Shown: one piece after another, positions 17,911-20,820 of the stretch
Layout: the number at the start of each line of letters is the position of its first letter
Position numbering within the stretch: position 1 is the stretch's first letter
Source: an uncultured Thermococci archaeon
GTDB taxonomy: Archaea > Methanobacteriota_B > Thermococci > Thermococcales > Thermococcaceae
DNA: 20,820 nt
Assembly (NCBI GenBank): GCA_964487115.1
Contig: CAZAPD010000098.1
Coordinates: 1 to 20,820, forward strand
Direction: 5' to 3'
Program-made: the position numbers and the translations under genes
Notes under the pieces: generated by a model
Told to the model about the DNA's origin: nothing
Database searches by the model: none
Seen by the model: the letters and a program-made list of their open reading frames with translations, nothing else

Positions 17911-17995
17911 AAATTAATTTTTTAATTTTATATTTGGACTTTCCAAACTTGAAATGTGGATTTAAGATGTTAATTAAAGCAAAGGAGGGCACGAG

Positions 17996-18553
17996 ATGAA
18001 AATGAGTGAAAAGATCTTAGCTGTGTGTATTATTGTGCTTTTGGCATTTTCTATTGTCTGGTGGCATGAAACTCACACATATAAAACTAAATATTCTGAG
18101 ACCCGGAAGTATTATATCTCAAGGTGGATTGCTGAAAATGCCGCACTTCTTCGGGCTTTTTCTACCGAGGCTTTAAGCTTCATCAACTCTTCGAATAACA
18201 CTGGAGCTGCTGTCAGCATCAAACATACAAGGGCGGTGATGATTTCTTTTAGAGAACCGTTGTATGGGATTGCCCTCTATCTGGGGGAGGGATCTAATGG
18301 GAGCATACTTGAAATGACGCAAACTGATTCCTGTGTCAATTTTCTTGATTTGTCTGCGGAAAGAATAACCTACGGAGACAGAGAGGATATTCAAATAATC
18401 AAGGAGGGACTTATGGAAATACAAAATTTCTCGGATCAGTTGCTAAAACAATACCCTCTTACAGGGCTGGCTTCTGAACAGACTCTCAGAAAAAACTGGG
18501 AACTACAGAATAGATGCAGAAATTGGCTAAAGAAATTGGAGAAGTGGAATTAA
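17996..18553 (+). CDS. Hypothetical membrane-anchored protein (single N-terminal TM, helical extracellular domain)
   Basis: SD GGAGG, ATG 17996, TM ILAVCIIVLLAFSIVWW, 185-aa ORF; stop overlaps the GAPOR stop (TTAA 18550-18553). Confidence 0.7.
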   Translation: MKMSEKILAVCIIVLLAFSIVWWHETHTYKTKYSETRKYYISRWIAENAALLRAFSTEALSFINSSNNTGAAVSIKHTRAVMISFREPLYGIALYLGEGSNGSILEMTQTDSCVNFLDLSAERITYGDREDIQIIKEGLMEIQNFSDQLLKQYPLTGLASEQTLRKNWELQNRCRNWLKKLEKWN

Positions 18554-20508
18554 AGCCTCCACTCTACGTCCAGAAGCTCGCTGTATACTTGCAGAACTTT
18601 CCGGAGGTATTCCTTAGCAGTTCCTATTTTGTCATCTTTGAACTTAGCAGCCCACTTTTCATTGCCAAACTCCTCGCTTCCTTTAGCCACGAGATCAATC
18701 ACCCTCATCGAATCCCAGAACACCGGTTCGTATCCTGCCTTTTTCGCAAACTCTATAAGTTTCCTAATCTGCTTTCTTGAGTGCTCTTCCATATCAACAT
18801 TCTCACCGTATGCTTCGAGGAAGAGAGCCTTCAGCACAGGCTTCATCCATCCTCTATGGAAGCGGCACCAGCCGATGTTATCGTACCAGAACTCCCACGT
18901 TGCACTGGCAACTATCTTCTGGGCAAGTTCTTCCGGCTCAAGGAAGACTCCGAACTGATAGAACGTCCAGTAGCGCCCTTGAATCGGCAGGGGAATGTAG
19001 TTTCCTATAGCCCAGTACATTGTCGGTGTTATTTCCCCGTTCTCACCAAGTGGCACGAAGACGCCATAGTCCTTAAAGCTCTCCCCGTAGTTCAGGCGAT
19101 CCTTGAACTTTTCATCAAGAACTATACTTGCCTTCCTCTTTCCGAGTCCCAAAATTTTAGCGATTTCATTCTCAGCAAAGGCTACACGATGAGCTAGCTC
19201 AGCAACCAGCTCGGCATTGACTTCACTCGCCTCTAAAGGCTTGAGGAGAAGAGATTCCTTTGTAAATTCGGGTTTTCCGCTTAGTCCTATCTCCTCAGGT
19301 TTTAAGAGGTCCCTGTGAACCAGTTCAAGAACCCACGCAGCTAAACCACCGAATTCAATGGCATCAAAGCCCATGGCATCCGCAGCATGAACACTTATTT
19401 GGCTTGCCCTTAGGACTATGCTCCCGCTGAGAGGACCGTTTGCCTCAAAGGGCTCATATTCAATATGATGTCCATTTGCATATTTCTTGCATGCAACAGG
19501 ACACGGCTCACCGCAGGTAGTCCAGTTCTTTGTATCAATTGCCTCTTTATTGAAAGGCTCCCAATAGTGCTTCATGATGTTCTCGTGAATTTTGATCCTC
19601 TCTTCCTTCTTTATATACGGCATCTGCCAGTTGAGAATCGGAACAAAGTCCCCCTCAGCAGGATAGTTCCCTCCAAAGGTGCCACCAGTCTTTAGTTTTG
19701 GATTGTACTTGTACTTTACAGTCTTTTCTGCTATGACATCAAACATCGGCTTTTTTAAAACACCTTCAACTATGGGCTTGGCAGTTCTTATGCTACCTAT
19801 GTCATCTCCCGGAAACTTCTTCTTTGCTTTTCCCCCGAAGATGATAGCGACAACATTGTGTGCCCTCATAAGAACGCTTCCACTTCCGCCTCTTGCAGCC
19901 CAATCCTCGCTTCCAACCACTCTTTCACCTTTCCTAAGCGTCTGGGAGAATATGGCACCAAAGTTTGTGTTCATTGCAGCTGGTCCAACACAGGCAATCC
20001 TGAATTCAGAATCAAATTTGTCTCTGAACCTATCTATGAGATATTGAGTAAAGGCATAAACCCCCTCTTCTCCATTATAGTTTCTCCATATTTCTACGAG
20101 CTTTTCAGAATCAATTTCATGGAGTTCCACATTTACCTTTTCCCCATCGCCACTCAGGAGTATCACTGTTGGCTTCTTCCGTTTGCCCTTTATGACAACA
20201 AAATCAACGCCAACCCTCTGGAACTGGTATGCCGCACCACCCATCGCTGAGGGAAACAGGCCGCCGTAGAGTGGTGAGCGGAAGACAAACATCAATCTAT
20301 GTGAGCCTGGAAGAACTGAACCTGCAAATGGCCCCTTTCCAAAAACAACGACGTTATTAGGGTTATATGGGTCAAGTTTATAGGTTCTATAGACTTCGCT
20401 GTGGAGATAGATTGCATAGTCTATCACACCGTAGACGCCTTCTTTTTCGATTTCCTCTGCCTCTATTTCTCCATTATCAAGATTAATTGTGAGGGCTGTA
20501 AATTTCAT
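18550..20508 (-). CDS. gor: Tungsten-dependent glyceraldehyde-3-phosphate:ferredoxin oxidoreductase (GAPOR)
   Basis: 652-aa AOR-family protein: FRSPLYGG..SAMGG, VGPAA, EDWAARGGSG, CGEPCPVACKK, YEP, MGFDAIEFG, DNIGWCRFHR; TGM in promoter. Confidence 0.92.
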   Translation of the reverse strand: MKFTALTINLDNGEIEAEEIEKEGVYGVIDYAIYLHSEVYRTYKLDPYNPNNVVVFGKGPFAGSVLPGSHRLMFVFRSPLYGGLFPSAMGGAAYQFQRVGVDFVVIKGKRKKPTVILLSGDGEKVNVELHEIDSEKLVEIWRNYNGEEGVYAFTQYLIDRFRDKFDSEFRIACVGPAAMNTNFGAIFSQTLRKGERVVGSEDWAARGGSGSVLMRAHNVVAIIFGGKAKKKFPGDDIGSIRTAKPIVEGVLKKPMFDVIAEKTVKYKYNPKLKTGGTFGGNYPAEGDFVPILNWQMPYIKKEERIKIHENIMKHYWEPFNKEAIDTKNWTTCGEPCPVACKKYANGHHIEYEPFEANGPLSGSIVLRASQISVHAADAMGFDAIEFGGLAAWVLELVHRDLLKPEEIGLSGKPEFTKESLLLKPLEASEVNAELVAELAHRVAFAENEIAKILGLGKRKASIVLDEKFKDRLNYGESFKDYGVFVPLGENGEITPTMYWAIGNYIPLPIQGRYWTFYQFGVFLEPEELAQKIVASATWEFWYDNIGWCRFHRGWMKPVLKALFLEAYGENVDMEEHSRKQIRKLIEFAKKAGYEPVFWDSMRVIDLVAKGSEEFGNEKWAAKFKDDKIGTAKEYLRKVLQVYSELLDVEWRL

Positions 20509-20521
20509 GCTAATCCCTCCG

Positions 20522-20538
20522 TATCACTCCGAGTGTTA
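20522..20538 (-). promoter_or_regulatory. Thermococcales glycolytic motif (TGM; Tgr/TrmBL1 operator)
   Basis: TATCAC-TCCGA-GTGTTA, an 11/12 match to TATCAC-N5-GTGATA, lying between the TATA box and the gor start. Confidence 0.85.
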
Positions 20539-20551
20539 TTTACAATCAATG

Positions 20552-20566
20552 TATTTAAGATTTTCG
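20552..20566 (-). promoter_or_regulatory. BRE/TATA promoter of gor
   Basis: Minus strand CGAAAAT-CTTAAATA; the predicted TSS falls inside the TGM. Confidence 0.7.
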
Positions 20567-20582
20567 CGGCGTTGGGTAGGGG

Positions 20583-20820
<238 letters not shown>

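Overview
Core-genome segment of a Thermococcales archaeon (GGTGA/GGAGG Shine-Dalgarno sites, BRE/TATA promoters, CGP-CTERM protein, GAPOR). In order it encodes: class-III (ornithine-type) aminotransferase, ECF S component, DUF1884/family-4 encapsulin-like protein coupled to deoC, enolase, LipS1-type radical SAM protein, a decayed SAM-methyltransferase pseudogene missed by the ORF track, Sfm1-like SPOUT protein, trkA-trkH, DUF2103, CGP-CTERM surface protein, arcS, COG1340 coiled-coil protein, SDH/Clp-fold protease, carbamate kinase, phytoene-desaturase-family oxidoreductase, a small accessory locus, GAPOR with a Thermococcales glycolytic motif (TGM) over its promoter, and the 3' end of tpi. The most unusual part is the accessory locus at ~17.2-18.55 kb. 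There, a frameshifted secreted-protein gene is cut off exactly at a solitary IS200/IS605-type (TnpB) right-end hairpin and is followed by a membrane-anchored orphan. Other notable items are intragenic codon-usage mosaics and several palindromic operator candidates. All family calls come from motif recognition; no database search was run.
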